From the NCBI GenBank assembly GCA_964035545.1, contig OZ037767.1, positions 22,212,628 to 22,276,627 on the forward strand: a DNA stretch of 64,000 nucleotides, given 5' to 3'. Shown piece by piece: positions 13,801-27,700 of the stretch (its first letter is position 1; each line of letters starts with the position of its first letter). The notes below the pieces were generated by a model. That model did not search any database and was not told where the DNA came from. It saw nothing but the letters and a program-made list of their open reading frames with translations. Origin of the DNA: Bugula neritina (Eukaryota > Animalia > Bryozoa). Both the position numbers and the translations under genes were made by a program.

Positions 13801-16800
13801 TTTAAAGCCATTGTGAATTCTAATTTTTCTGAAAAAAATCTGTGTTGAAATGTGCACCTCGCTATTATTTTCATACCATACCAGCTACATGACGACTGGG
13901 AATTGCTGCAAACTATATAAATATTCAGTCTTGTCTCATATACCTGTTGACTGTAATGTAATGTAATGTAATGTAGTCTTACTCAACTGCAGTTAGGTTT
14001 GTTCTGACACTAAGTCCAACCTGTACAGAAAAATTGCTGAATATCCCAAAAAGATGGAAGGATAGAGGCATGTAACAAGTGCTCTCCAAATGCAACCTTA
14101 TTACTTTAAATAACTAATACACTGCCGTGCACAGAAAAAGAATAATAGATCAGAACAGAGGAAGATTGCTAATCAGAAAATGTGTGTTGGTTTTTTATAA
14201 AGAGCAAATCTGAATTGATAACTCATTGGCAAGCAGAAATTGGTTGAAAACCTATTTGGAGTTTATTAGAGTATTAGTCTAATCCATAAGGTGATACCGC
14301 CACACCTCCTTACACACAATAAAGCACACCCAAGAAGAGTATGTTGACTTAGTTTTAAAATAAAACCCCTGAGCTTCCACTAGATACATCAAGGAAATAT
14401 ACCCCAAAAGAACAAATTTGACAGGTTTAATATGTGTTAACCTAGAAGATGATTAAATGTAAAGCCAGACGTTAGTACAATCACACATAAAAGGTTACTT
14501 ATGGTGGTGTACAGTTTGCAAAACCTTATTGCATTGATAATTAACATGCAATAACGCTGCTAGGTTTTTGACCAAAATGTGGATATAGTACCTGTAGACC
14601 TCAGTGATAGATTTTCAATAGCCTCCCCTACACACCTGGTACTGTTTCTTGAAGACATTTTGATTTTATTTCTGAATTTCATGTTGGTTTTTTCCAAATT
14701 CCATTGCTTATCATTGACAAAATGCAAGTTCACACAAGATAGATAAGGGCAACCTTCTAGCTGTCACTGCCTTGCTGAGGCCACATTATTGGTATATTAG
14801 AAGAATTCAGTCCCGCCAAATAAAACCTCACTTAGGTAATTGTGCTAGAATTAAAATTTAAAAACCATGTTTTAGATCTTCCTGTTCCTCAGATCACCTG
14901 CTTTTTTGAGTTTTCAATATTTTTGCAAAGTTATAGACAAAAATCTACCCATTTTGGCCAATTTTACCTGAAAAATTTATTTTTCAATTTCTGCCAAATA
15001 TCTCAGCAGGAAAGCATGGTATTCGAATAGAACAAACACTATCGGAAACCTGAGAAATTTATGCATGGCAAATTTTTGATCTTTTCAATAGCCTTCATAG
15101 ATTTTCTACAAGTTGGTGAATTATACACCGAAAATGAAAGATTTTTTCTTAGAAATCACCAATGCACAGCACTTCGCGCTTCAGTGAACACGTAGAGATG
15201 AGAAGATGGAATGTTGATAACTGCATATCATTCATAGTGTAATCTCAGGCTAAACAATCACAAGTAGGCAACACGCATGCCACCCACAGAGCATTAACAT
15301 AACAAGAACTTAAACTAGATTGTGAGCGAAATTTATGATATTCTCAGTGAGGATGCCTTAACTATCCTGTGCACTAATTATCTTTCAAAAATATTATGCC
15401 CATACGGGCGTATGGCCTAGAACAGTCTATTTTCTTCTAGGCCATACGGCGTATGGGACCGTATGGGTACCACTACATCCCTGTATATATATATATATAT
15501 ATATATATATCTATGTTCTGCCTGCAAACTAAAACAACACCCGGCACTACGTACAAGTTGTAAAATTTTCTGTCCACTAACATGCCTTCTGATTGATCAA
15601 CTACAGATCTGTGATGTATTAAAAATGAAAACTTCTGCTAGCCTTGTGGGATTTTCTATAACTATTAAATTCCATATATTATGCTATTTTAGGCTATCAG
15701 AAATACAACTGGTGAGCCTCCCATATCTATCAGAGATTTAGGTTCCTAATTGATTTTACCAATCTTGACTTTGTGTAAAAATTAGAAACCATTTACAGTT
15801 AGTTTTGAAGAAATTAGTTGAATATTTTTCACATGCTCTGTAGTAAAAAACAATACTTTCTATTTTCAGAGTGGTAGTTTCACTTACAAATTATTAGTTA
15901 ACTCACTATTCACTTATTCTATTTATCTAAATATCAACAACTAATAATTAACTCCTAGTTTTCATTTTGATTATTGATTACTGTTGCAGTTATCAGTTTT
16001 GAAAATCCTCAACTTAAGATGTGGATCAAAACCTTGTGCCTTTTAGTTGTGTATAAACCTATTTAATGGACAGATGAGAACAAGCTGTTACAAGACTGAA
16101 TGGTGTCACAAGAACTTCTTACATACAGTCTGTATTTAATAGAGAGTAACATGCGATTACCCTTTCATCGTAATATGCAATTTCTATGCTGCTTTCCTAG
16201 TATTACTGATATTTAAATACTATTTCGAAGTCTCATAATAATGCCCTGCATTTAGCATTTAGAATGTTATTTGATATGCAAATTCAATACACTGCTCAAT
16301 ATTTCACAGCAATGCATAAAATCAACTAAGGTTTGTGTATAGATATTCTAAGCTGAAAATATGTCTATAGAAACTTGTATTTTGATGCAGGCTAGCATTA
16401 TTTGAAAATTATATTACTAAATATTTCTACTATCTTCATCAAACTCAAGCATGTCAATTTATTCAGTTTTTTATATACTGCCCTTCAAATAGTTTCCTAG
16501 ATAAAATGATTTGCCTATTATTTAATTTTTGTTTTCAAATGTTACAAGTGCCAGTGCAGCATAAACTGATGCAATGCTGTGAGAATGCAAAACTTTCTTC
16601 AAAATATGCCGCAAATGGTTTAATTTAGAGCTAAAGATAATCAAAACTTTTACCACTCCTATACTCACTCAGGCTGTGTAGTCATGACAAACCATGTATT
16701 AGCCTGAGTATACATTAGTGTACCAGATGGATAACTTACTTAGCGCTAAGGTCTGGCTGTCTATCACTGGAAAGGATCCATTCTGTAGAAAGGCGACACA

Positions 16801-16830
16801 AATAATTGCTAAGGCTGTCACTGGCAGCAT
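10884..16830 (-). CDS. Secreted (EKERL)n charged-repeat protein (~358 aa), paralog of the CAP gene but without a CAP domain
   Basis: Exons 16830-16740 (signal peptide [18 protein letters not shown]), 13135-13059 (ENGGILG...[13 protein letters not shown]) and 11792-10884 (pentapeptide repeat). Exons 1-2 have the same lengths (91, 77 nt) and similar sequence to those of the gene at 29510. Confidence 0.75.
10895..11778 (-). repeat. Coding 15-bp tandem repeat encoding [15 protein letters not shown]
   Basis: Visible tandem array; explains the antisense Ser/Phe-rich ORFs. Confidence 0.95.
13661..15483. mobile_element. Non-autonomous DNA transposon (hAT-like), 1823 bp, inserted in a (TA)n tract
   Basis: 14-bp TIR CAGGGATGTAGTGG (13661-13674) / CCACTACATCCCTG (15470-15483), (TA)n on both sides (compatible with an 8-bp TSD), GC-rich subterminal repeats, no transposase ORF. 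Confidence 0.75.
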
Positions 16831-19800
16831 TGTCCACTAGTAAGTATACCTCTGTCAGCACGAAACTACAAGAATTCAGTCCAACTAGATTTTGTAAATG
16901 ATACTCAAAACCCTATTAATTAATTAAACCCAGCTGTAAGTCTGTATTACAGTGCCACGTGGTTGCTTAGTGTGGGTCAATGGTCAGCCCAATTCATAGC
17001 TGCTTGGGAACTGCACTCCATAATAACATATTCATACACCCTAGCAAACAGTGGTCAAAGTCTGGAGAATATAGTATGAGTACCATAAGAAAGTCACTAC
17101 TAATTGTATTCTCAAGGTGTCATGGGGCTTCAAGCTCCCTATAAGTTTTATACACAAAGTAAAATTCCAGTGAAGACCTGAAGTGTCCTCCTGCACAATC
17201 AAAGTTTTAAATTTGTCAAATTACTTCAGGCTCCCATTTCAATCATCAAAAAGATGAAGACTATTGAATCAACTGTCAATTTCTTAACTGCAAATATAAT
17301 CAATTGTGTGTTGAATCAGTACAAGTATAAATCAGGCTGTTGTTGAGGTTTTCACAAAGCTACTTATTATGTTGAAATGATTTGTTGAAAATAATTTGTA
17401 TTCAACTCTAATTTTTACTAATAAAATATTCCTGGATATGGTAAGTATACCTAAAAAACAACCAAAGTGTGTCAGATAAACTGCTCCTCCTTGAAGCTAT
17501 TGAAGTAAACATTGACAATAGCTATAGTAACTTGTGTGTTCTGGCTTTTGATATTTCACAAAGCTTCATCACAGACAAAACAAAGCCATATACTACAATT
17601 GAGCTCGGCCTTACTAAAAACCGTGAAAAATATCAACTTTACAGTCAGCTTGGTGATGGCATAACTCTTGTTTAGCGTAGGGCCACATGGGCGTATTTTG
17701 CAGACGAAAATTTGCACCACAAGTAGAAAAAGATGTCCACTGTACACAACTTTCTGATAGTGAAATCGGCAAACTACTAGCTAATAATATTTGTGTTTAA
17801 CTTTACTGCCCACCTTGTTTCTATGGCTATGGCTAATTAAATTGTCATTTTTAAATCTCACTCGCTTTCAATAAAACAAAATTTAGTGGAATGCAGCACT
17901 AAATTAAAAAATATGGGCTCACTAAATAACTACCAGCCAATTAGGTAACGATGACAGAATATTGATGACAGAAAATATTCGCATTTGTCATTCAGCACTA
18001 TCAACGTGTACAGCGGAAATAAATATTTGACAGCATATAGGAGTAGACATTTGTCGACCTGTCTATATGCTTCCACAACAGAACAGTCTGAAGTCAGTAG
18101 TCATTTGACAACTTACAGAGTACACTAGACCACTATGTCAGAGTTACATAATATTATAAGTGTAGGTGGTTTGAAATGTGAACTAAGCTTATCTAATGTA
18201 TGCATGAGTTGATAATCTGGACTATAATAGAAATAGATAAGTTGCAGTCCAGCTATGGGGGGTGTAGGCTCAGTACAACATTGATTTTAGTAGATAAAAG
18301 CATTTTGAGAAGCTGTAATAGTGTTTGCAAAATATCAACTCAAGCTAAATTTATGCCTCTGCATTTCATTGCTGGGAGAGATTTTTAAATGGTTTCATTA
18401 TACTATCAAATTTAAGAAGTTTATAGACTTGGAGAAATAATAAAATATAAGTGATTTTCCTACACTAATGACATTGTTTTATAGCACTATAATGTAGGAA
18501 AAAAATTTATATCAGCTGCTGTTGGAATATAAATATGATGTACCTATAGATACAGGTATGCAAATTTGTTATTGATTTATGATTCTATCTTTTAATTTGG
18601 CAGCTTCACCAGTCAATAAGGTGTGGTTTACCATATGGAGAGATAACCTCTCATACAAAGAGCAAGTCTAACCATCTCAATAGCTGATTGATCTTTAACC
18701 TATCCTAGACTTGTTTTTCTGCTGCACATCCATTTTTATTAAACAAACTTTATACGGGGGGGGGGGGGGGGGGGGGGTTATTTCTAACCTTCCAATTGAT
18801 CAGCTGAGTGCAGGTGATGTGTCAGTGCTATTAATATTACTATTATACAATAAAAATATTTTGCAAAAAGGCTCTAGTATAAGTATGCACTGGGTAATGC
18901 CCATCATCTAACTAGGGTGACTCCAAGCAGCTCACCGATGTGATCCACTGGCTACTAGTACTAGTTTAATTATTGTGGCTAATTAATGTGACTGCTAGTA
19001 GCTAACAATATGAATAACTAGTGTGATTCACCTGTGGGCTGTGGGACTACTAGTAACTAACTCATAACTGGTGTGAGCACTATGACTAGCAGCTCACTGA
19101 TGCGACTGTTATTAGTTAATCAACAGTAACTGACTCTGCTTTAAAATTTAATACTTCAACTTATGCTAATATGAATATTAGTAAATATAATATTTATATA
19201 AATATCTTAACAATCAATCACAATGACAATGATACTCACAATGACAATGACAACACGCAAGTACATTAGCATATTGATATTCATATAGTTGATATGATAG
19301 TAAATAGTGATACTGATAGTTGTACTTATTGCGAAAATGCTGAAACATGTAAACCGAATCATAATGAGCTTACTGCTCTAATAAATTATGCCTACCTCTA
19401 ATAGAAAATCTTGCAGAGTAGAACGCCCATTCAGTGATTCACGTCCACAGTGCACTTGCAATGCTTAGAATTTAGATGCACTATGAACCGGACAGTGCGT
19501 GCGTCAAAGAAAATTGATAAGGGTTGCAGAACAGTTTGCGGCTATGAAGTATGAAGTGCATCATAACTACAAGTAAACAACATAGAAGACAACCCCTTTA
19601 TCGTTATCATTTCGGTGTAGGGTAGTTTATTTTATGTCGTATTTGGAGTTGTATTTTTTGCATTATTTAACGCAAATTTATAAGTTACAAGTTGGAAAGT
19701 TTCTAGTACGAAATCTTTTTCACGTACATAAGTTATATATTAAGTATTTTCTTTAAGCTAGTCGTGTTTGTCTGAGCTCCTCCATGGTTACTGTCAGCTG

Positions 19801-21719
19801 AAGCAATCAGAAAATGTTGTATTTCACTGTGTTCATATAATTGATTTTTTGGGACATTCTGCTAAAATTGTGCTTATAGTTGGTAGCTTATGAAATATTA
19901 ATAAATGCTGTAACATAATAACGACTGTACTATAATATCGTTTCGTATTATAGTACAATATATTATATTTCTTTTTGTCCTACTTTTCTTCGCAATGCAT
20001 GTCTTCCTATTACCTAGAGCTCTTCGCCCTGCTCTGTGCTGCAACTTTCTTCTGCTCTGGAAAGTTAATATTCTGAATCTCTTCATATTTCTTGTCAGTG
20101 TCTTTTGAAACATATGTAACCTTATCAGGCCAACTTAATGCAACTTCTGCCCGTTAGCTGTACAACTTCTCTTTCAGCCTGTATAATCACTATCCATACA
20201 AACATGGCCCGCAGCAAGACTTCAGTTGGCAATCTTGTCTCCATTCATCAGCAGCCACATTGAGCAAGATTCGAGACTGTTGAGTTTATTCTAGCTGTGT
20301 TTTTTTCGTTTACTAGGCTGTATTACTAGTTGCTTTATTAGCTGCATTGAATTATGTTTATTTGCGAGGCCAAGGTACACTAAATGTCTACATTTTATAG
20401 CTTTGTCAGCTGTTACCCATCTGAATGACAACAAAGAACTAATCTTACCAGCAAAGTAGATGTGTGCTTTCTTTTCATGCTACAGCTAATGGAGCTGTAG
20501 AATGGGTACACAACTCCAACAGCCTATAGCTGCTAGCGGCTAGCCAATCAGAGAAAACCCTGCCCTCACTTCCACAACTTACAGTTTTACCTCAAATGTT
20601 TCTGGAAGTTGAGTCTGTTTCGAAACATATTTTATATACCATTACACTGTTGTAACTTGATGATATGCTTTTATAACATCTTGTTTAATTTGATACAACT
20701 CATGTCCTGCAGCCATTGTAATGTTGATTATACACTGCCATACAGATTCTATGTTTTCACTTATATTATAGTATTATTACGTAGAGAAAACTATTATTAG
20801 TAAAGCTTAATTCAGATGATCTACAGTTCTATCAAATGTAGATACTTTCTGCATTAGAAAAATGCTCTCTATGTAAGCAAATTTGCAACTTTTTTATAAC
20901 ATGCAGTTTTAATTAAAAGGGTTGTACAATACTTTAAAATAATGTAAAATAATGTAATGAAGTGGTGGCATATGCAATGTAGTAACGTAATGTATGCAAT
21001 AAATAATGCTTTGCTAGTTATAAAAATACTTACAGCACTGTTCTTAAAAAGAATTGTGTAAACTTATTTCAACTAAATTAAGTAAAACTTACCATAAAAG
21101 TCCAGGATGCACTATAACAGCATTTTGGTATGTTCAGAAGATACTGAGAGAAAAAGTCAGCATTTCGGAAAGTTTATCTACAAAATCCTAGACAGTGCTG
21201 GTGGTAATGCTAAACGTATCTAAGGCCATTTTAATTCCTGATATCATGCGAAAGTGCTTATATACACATTGGACAAAGAGACAAATTTAAGTGGTATATA
21301 TATTTTATTTATTGAGCCATTTAAAATTGAATAAGTGACTGCAAGATATAATGCACATTTATAACTTGGTTATAATACATGTAATAATTACATTATTTAC
21401 AACATGTCTTTCAAATGAAATAGGTATTATTATTGCTACAGCCAAGTTTGTAAACAATAATTCATTGTAGCTAGATCTATAGTTTGTAATATCAGTGTTC
21501 AAAGTATATATCATCTATCTATTGCCTAATGAGCGTGGAAAAGATTTTTGAAATATATAACTTTAATACAATTTACTAACTATACTTTTCTGAATACATA
21601 TACAAATTGGATGCATTTCAACTAAAATAGTGCATGGTAATATGACTGTAATAATTCTGGCTTACATAATATACTCTGGTGAGTAGTTGTATATTTTTCA
21701 AATATTTGTATAATGCAGT

Positions 21720-24700
21720 TTATTTTTTCTTTAGGACATTTGTTTCAAACTGCTTTTCCACGTTTCCAGCCGGCCAGTAGTTGGCAACGACATAAGTTTT
21801 CCCTGATGATGAGACAGCAACTCCAACTCCTACTTCCTTAGTTTCCTTCCACAACACTTGTGTAAAGTGACCTACAAATACCAACAGATAGGTTACACAT
21901 ATATTTACCAGAAGTAAGCCATTGTATTTACATGAAGAGTTTATTCAAAAGCATAAATAAGTTTGCAAAGAATATGCTTTTATAAACATATTTTTTGTGA
22001 AATGCTTTGCAAAGCAAGCGCAACACTAGTTGTCTGCTTTGATAATTTAGAAGGAAAGAAAATAAATGGCAAATTTGATAATTATATGCTGTGGCTTTAC
22101 GTTTTGGCTTTTTGGTGCTATATTACCAATGATAGCAGTAGTATCAATAACAATTATATTACTTTGTCACAAAACTGTGGGTAGCAGTGTGACGAGTTCG
22201 AAAAGTCTGGTAGTCAGAAGTGTATAGACAAGTAGCATACAGCTTGCTAATCCAGTTGTGAGTAAATAGAGTTGTGGATATAAGTAGACTTTATTCCTTT
22301 AGTAAGATATGCACAGATGAATTAATAAAAATGAACTCCGAGAATGAACTTATAAAAAGGAACTGATTTGTAAACACAACTGCCTCAGTATTTATAGTAA
22401 ACAAAACACTCTAGGACATTCTCAAGCATTCCAGTATAGAAGATTCTAGTAGAAAACATTCCTCACATGCCAATACTATTTATAGAAAATCAAAACAAAA
22501 CAAAACATTGGAATTTCCATGGTTATTTCGCAATTATTGCGCAACACCTTGTTTACATTGCTGGGCAGTAGTTAACATGACTAATGAAAACAATAACAAT
22601 GAACAATGACCCATCTCTTTGATCAGTCTAGAATATTTATGAACATTCGTGTATAATCATTAGGAAAAACCCGGTAAGTCTATAGGTATATGTCCCCTCA
22701 GAATTTGTGACAACCCCCCATTCTAAGAGAAATTATCTTGATCATTTCTCCTAACTACTTAAAATTCTGAGTCAATTCGACTTAGATAATCGGCTCCAAC
22801 ATCGTCCTTTCCTTTGATTGACTCCACCTTGATTCTGAAGTTCTGTAAATACATAGCCCATCTCATCACTCTGCTGTTTCTTACTGTACAGGTCCAACAA
22901 ATCATCTTGGCATTCTTCTCTTTCCTTATTGTGATCAATAATTCCAGCACCAGCAGCATCTAGAGTCATCACAGCTCCAACAGTCATAGAGTCGGTAGGT
23001 GTCTCCCGCTCAAAATATTTCTTCAGCATGTTGGCATGGTATGTTCTCCTCTTCCCTCTGATGTTGATAATGTAGTCATTCAGTCTGACTTTCTCCTCAA
23101 TATTGAATGGTCCTTGCCAATGCATCAGCAATTTATTTCCATTCGTAGGTAGAAGAATGAGCACTTTGTCACCAGGTCTGAAGTCTCTCTGCTTAGCTTT
23201 CTTGTCAAAATAGTGTTTGTATCTTTTTTGACTGTCTTTTAGCGAAGCTAATGCTATCTCCATCATGTCATCTAAACGCTCTCTCAATTCAAAAACATGC
23301 TGATAGCAGGTCTTGACTTCATCGGCAGTGTCTTCTTTTGTCCAAAGTTGTCGCAGGATGTACATTGGTCCACGCACAGTCCTTCCATAGAGTAACTCGA
23401 ATGGGGCGAAGCCTGTTGATTCCTGTGGGACTTCTCTATATGCAAATAGAGCCGCATTGATGAACCGATGCCACTGTCTTGGCTCTTTAGCACACAACTT
23501 TTTTAGCATATTCTTGAGGGTTCCGTTGAACTTTTCCACAAGTCCATTGGCCATTGCATGGTATGGTGAGGTAGGAAGTTGTCGCATGTCAAGTAATCTG
23601 GTAAACTCTTTCATGTAGTCCGAGATGAATTGAGTTCCTTGGTCGCTTATCACCTCCTCTGGTATCCCAACACGACTGTATATGTCAAGCAGCGCTTCAG
23701 CTACAGTAGCTGAGTCAATATTCTTCAATGGTGTAGCTTCAGGGTATCTTGTAGCATAGTCAACTAAAGTTAGGATGTAGCGATGTCCTTTCTCACTTGG
23801 AGGGTTAATTGGTCCGACTAGGTCTATTGCACATCTCTTGAATGGGGTGTCAATTAGTGGAGTTTCCTGTACTGGAACTTTCATGACTGAGCCTTTTTTC
23901 ACCGTCTTCTGGCAAATATCACATGATTGACAGAAACGTACGACATCTCCGTTTAGTCCTGGCCAGAAGAAGTTGGAAAGCACTCTATCAGTGGTTTTCT
24001 TTACTCCTAGGTGTCCGCTCATTATGCAGTCATGAGCTTTCTGTAGAACTTCCTTCCTCAGTGAACTGGGTACCATGAGTTGTTTAACAGGTTTTACACT
24101 GACGGACTTCGAGTCGGTGTACTCACGGTACAGAATCTTATTCCTCACCACAAACCTAGTGGTGCATCCCTTTTTCTCCTTCACTTCTTTTGCATCGAAG
24201 AAACGTTCCAATGTGGGGTCATCCCTCTGCAGTCTGGCTATTTCATCCTTCCCTATACTTAATGGGTTAGTATTTGAATCAATCTTCAGTGGTTTGTCTC
24301 CTGACTTTTCCTTGACAGCTTGAGCTCTTGTGGTTACGGCGCAGTCCTTCCAGTTTTCCAGCGGCTGGTCAGCTGATCTCGCTCCATCCACATTCCCAAT
24401 AAGCAGGTCACAAATCGTCTTGTCCATTACTGCAGCTTTGACGACACCATTGTAAAATGGTGAGCGTACTGAGATAAGTGCCCACTGAGCCTCCCTAACA
24501 CTTGCATCAGCCATATTCAGATAAACTGATTCTCCAGTTAAGTGTTGAGGTTGCACATACTTTGCATTGACTACAATGCAACCACAGCCGGTGTCGCGCA
24601 TTACAGTAGCTCGTTGGCCATTAACTTCCGCATCAAATATCGCTGTGCCCCCATCTTTGAATTTAGGTCCATTCTTGCAGACAGCAGCGTTGACAAACTT

Positions 24701-27700
24701 TTTACCATTTACTGTGATTTCCGTAGGTTCTTCCACTTTAGATGAGATTCCTGGATCTGTGACCACAGTCTTATTCTGAGTAGTAGCTATTGCAGCCGCA
24801 GCATGCACTGACCTTCCACCATACTTTCTGCAGTCTGAAGTATTGTGGTTGTTCATCTTGCAATGTGAACAGTACTTCTTCCCTTGCCGTGGGCAGTTAC
24901 GAGCAATGTGTGACTTATCTTTGCAGATGAAGCATGCCCCATCGCTTTTACTTCCTTGTTCAGCATTCATGCTACCGGCAGGTGTGTTTTCCATCCTTTT
25001 TGTATTAGTTTTCTTTGTCTTTGCTAGTTTCCTTCCACGAGCGTGCAAGAACAGCGACGCTGCATCACACATATCCTCACTGCTGTTGTAGGAACTTTGC
25101 TTTAAATGCACAGCTAGGTCGTCTGGGCATGACGATATAAATTGTTCAGTCGCCACTAGTTTGGCTATGTCCATGCCCCCTGAAAGCTCCACCCACTTGT
25201 GCACATAACTTTCTATCCTAGTGAACAGTTGGGCAGGAGTTTCATCCTCGTAAGCTTCTGCCTCTCTGAGCTTTTTTCTGTAGCCCTCTTGAGTCAAGTT
25301 AAAGCGCTCCAACAAGGCTTCTTTGACTTTTTTATAATCTCTACGATCGGTAGGTGACAACCGGATGTAAGCTTCTGTTGCTGTACCCCTTAGGTACTGA
25401 CTGAGATGGTAGGGCCAATCTCCCTTGTCCCAGTTACATCCTTCGGCAACCCACTCGAACCGCTCTAAATAGCTATCCATTTCATCCACCTTCTCATCAA
25501 AGAATGGTATTTTTGGTTTTGGTTTGTTAGCTATTTCTAACCTGGTGCTCTCATGTCTTGAGTGCTCCAAACTTGTGTTAGCTTTCAGCTTTTCCATATC
25601 TAATTCATGTTGTTGTCTTCTCTCTTCTGCCTCCTGGTCAGCTTTAACCTTGAGTGCCATTGCCTCCTGATCAGCTTTTATCTTCATCTCCATTAGGGCT
25701 TTCTCATTTTCTTGCCTGATCTTTTCTGCCTCACGCTCTAATCTACGCTCCTCTCGGTCCTTTTCTTTTTCCTCTCGGTCCTTTTCTTTTTCCTCTTGTG
25801 CAGCAACAATGGGTAGGTTCTTTTCAACAAAAGCTATGAGCTTGTCATCCACCAGTCCAAGATCTTTACCCATCTGTGTCATTCTCTCCAACAACGCCAT
25901 AATGTCTCAACAACTGTTAATTAATCCTGTGTATACTCACGTTGTAACTGATAACTTCCCTGTGTGCGACTGAGACTTCCCGGAGCAGCCCCCAATTGTC
26001 ACAAAACTGTGGGTAGCAGTGTGACGAGTTCGAAAAGTCTGGTAGTCAGAAGTGTATAGACAAGTAGCATACAGCTTGCTAATCCAGTTGTGAGTAAATA
26101 GAGTTGTGGATATAAGTAGACTTTATTCCTTTAGTAAGATATGCACAGATGAATTAATAAAAATGAACTCCGAGAATGAACTTATAAAAAGGAACTGATT
26201 TGTAAACACAACTGCCTCAGTATTTATAGTAAACAAAACACTCTAGGACATTCTCAAGCATTCCAGTATAGAAGATTCTAGTAGAAAACATTCCTCACAT
26301 GCCAATACTATTTATAGAAAATCAAAACAAAACAAAACATTGGAATTTCCATGGTTATTTCGCAATTATTGCACAACACCTTGTTTACATTGCTGGGCAG
26401 TAGTTAACATGACTAATGAAAACAATAACAATGAACAATGACCCATCTCTTTGATCAGTCTAGAATATTTATGAACATTCGTGTATAATCATTAGGAAAA
26501 ACCCGGTAAGTCTATAGGTATATGTCCACTCAGAATTTGTGACATACTTATACACAATCACTGTACATCCTGTGCAAGTGTTTATAATCATGCAGCACAG
26601 TTTGAGCTTGTGGTTTGAGTTTGATATAAAATTATATAGGATTCTAGTCAAGAGCATCACAAAGTGGACCTACACTATTGATTAAAACTTTTTAAAAATG
26701 TTGTTTACAAATTCAAACTTGAGCTTCAAATAATAAACATTATGGTCACTAGTATTTCTGTACTATTGTGTAATTTGGTTTAAGAACTTCAATCAAATTG
26801 AGCGTAGCAATGTTGTGTTACTACTTAAACTCTTACAGACCTGTGCTCATGCCAAAACCCGGCTCATCGAAGCTGTAATCTTGAATCTCATTATACCACC
26901 ACTCTACACCTAAAGAGTACAGAAATACAATATGAGATTAAAGATGGCATACGGGATCAAGCTGAGAACAAAACATGCACTGATAGTTATTTTAGTCATG
27001 GTGATGATCTTTTTGTTTGTAATGAAAAAGTTAGGATGTCTGGTTGCAATTGTAGTGAGATGATATCTTATATTTTAAAATTATATATGTACAGAGTTAT
27101 AATAAAACTTTACCTCGTTCTCTTTCTCCATTGTTTACCCCCATGCCATGCTCACTATACAAATTTTCTCCAGCATTCTCTCTTTCTTCTAAGGTTGTAT
27201 GCTTCATTTGGTCTATGCTTGCAAGGTGTTGGGCATATTTTGTTGCCATGTTGCAAAGCTTTGGTGACAGGGAAAGAGGTGGAGAACCATGCGAGGTCCT
27301 CAATTCATTGTGTTTTTCCAAGCTTTGTAGTTGCTGCTTGGTCCATTTTGTGCCTCCTTCATATGGCTCAGGTTCTGAGGGTAGTTTCTGTTCAGGCACA
27401 TCTGGAATTTGTCTATCATCAATATCAGCATCTTGTTCTGTTTCTTTTGATTTGCCACTGTCTTGTGCTACTTCAGCTTTTTTCTCATCCTCTGCTTTTT
27501 CCCTTTCAAGCCTTTCTTGTTCTGCTCTTTCTCTTTCAATCCTTTCTTGTTCTGCTCTTTCTCTCTCAATTCTTTCTTGCTCTGCTCTTTCTCTTTCAAT
27601 TCTTTCTTGCTCTGCTCTTTCTCTTTCAATTCTTTCTTGCTCTGCTTTTTCTCTTTCAATCTGCTCCTGTTCTGCTCTTTCTCTCTCAATTCTTTCTTGT

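Larger units (their letters stand above)
22165..26544 (-). mobile_element. Gypsy LTR retrotransposon, Gmr1-type (PR-INT-RT-RH order), internally deleted; in intron 4 of the CAP gene
   Basis: Two 548-bp TG...CA LTRs (22165-22712, 25997-26544) with 2 differences seen, TACTT TSD (22160-22164, 26545-26549), tRNA-Pro-like PBS, polypurine tract next to the 3' LTR. Confidence 0.95.

Noticed and set aside
19400-20400. CpG-richer segment, possibly a decayed DNA transposon
   Set aside because: No TIR, TSD or recognisable ORF could be established.
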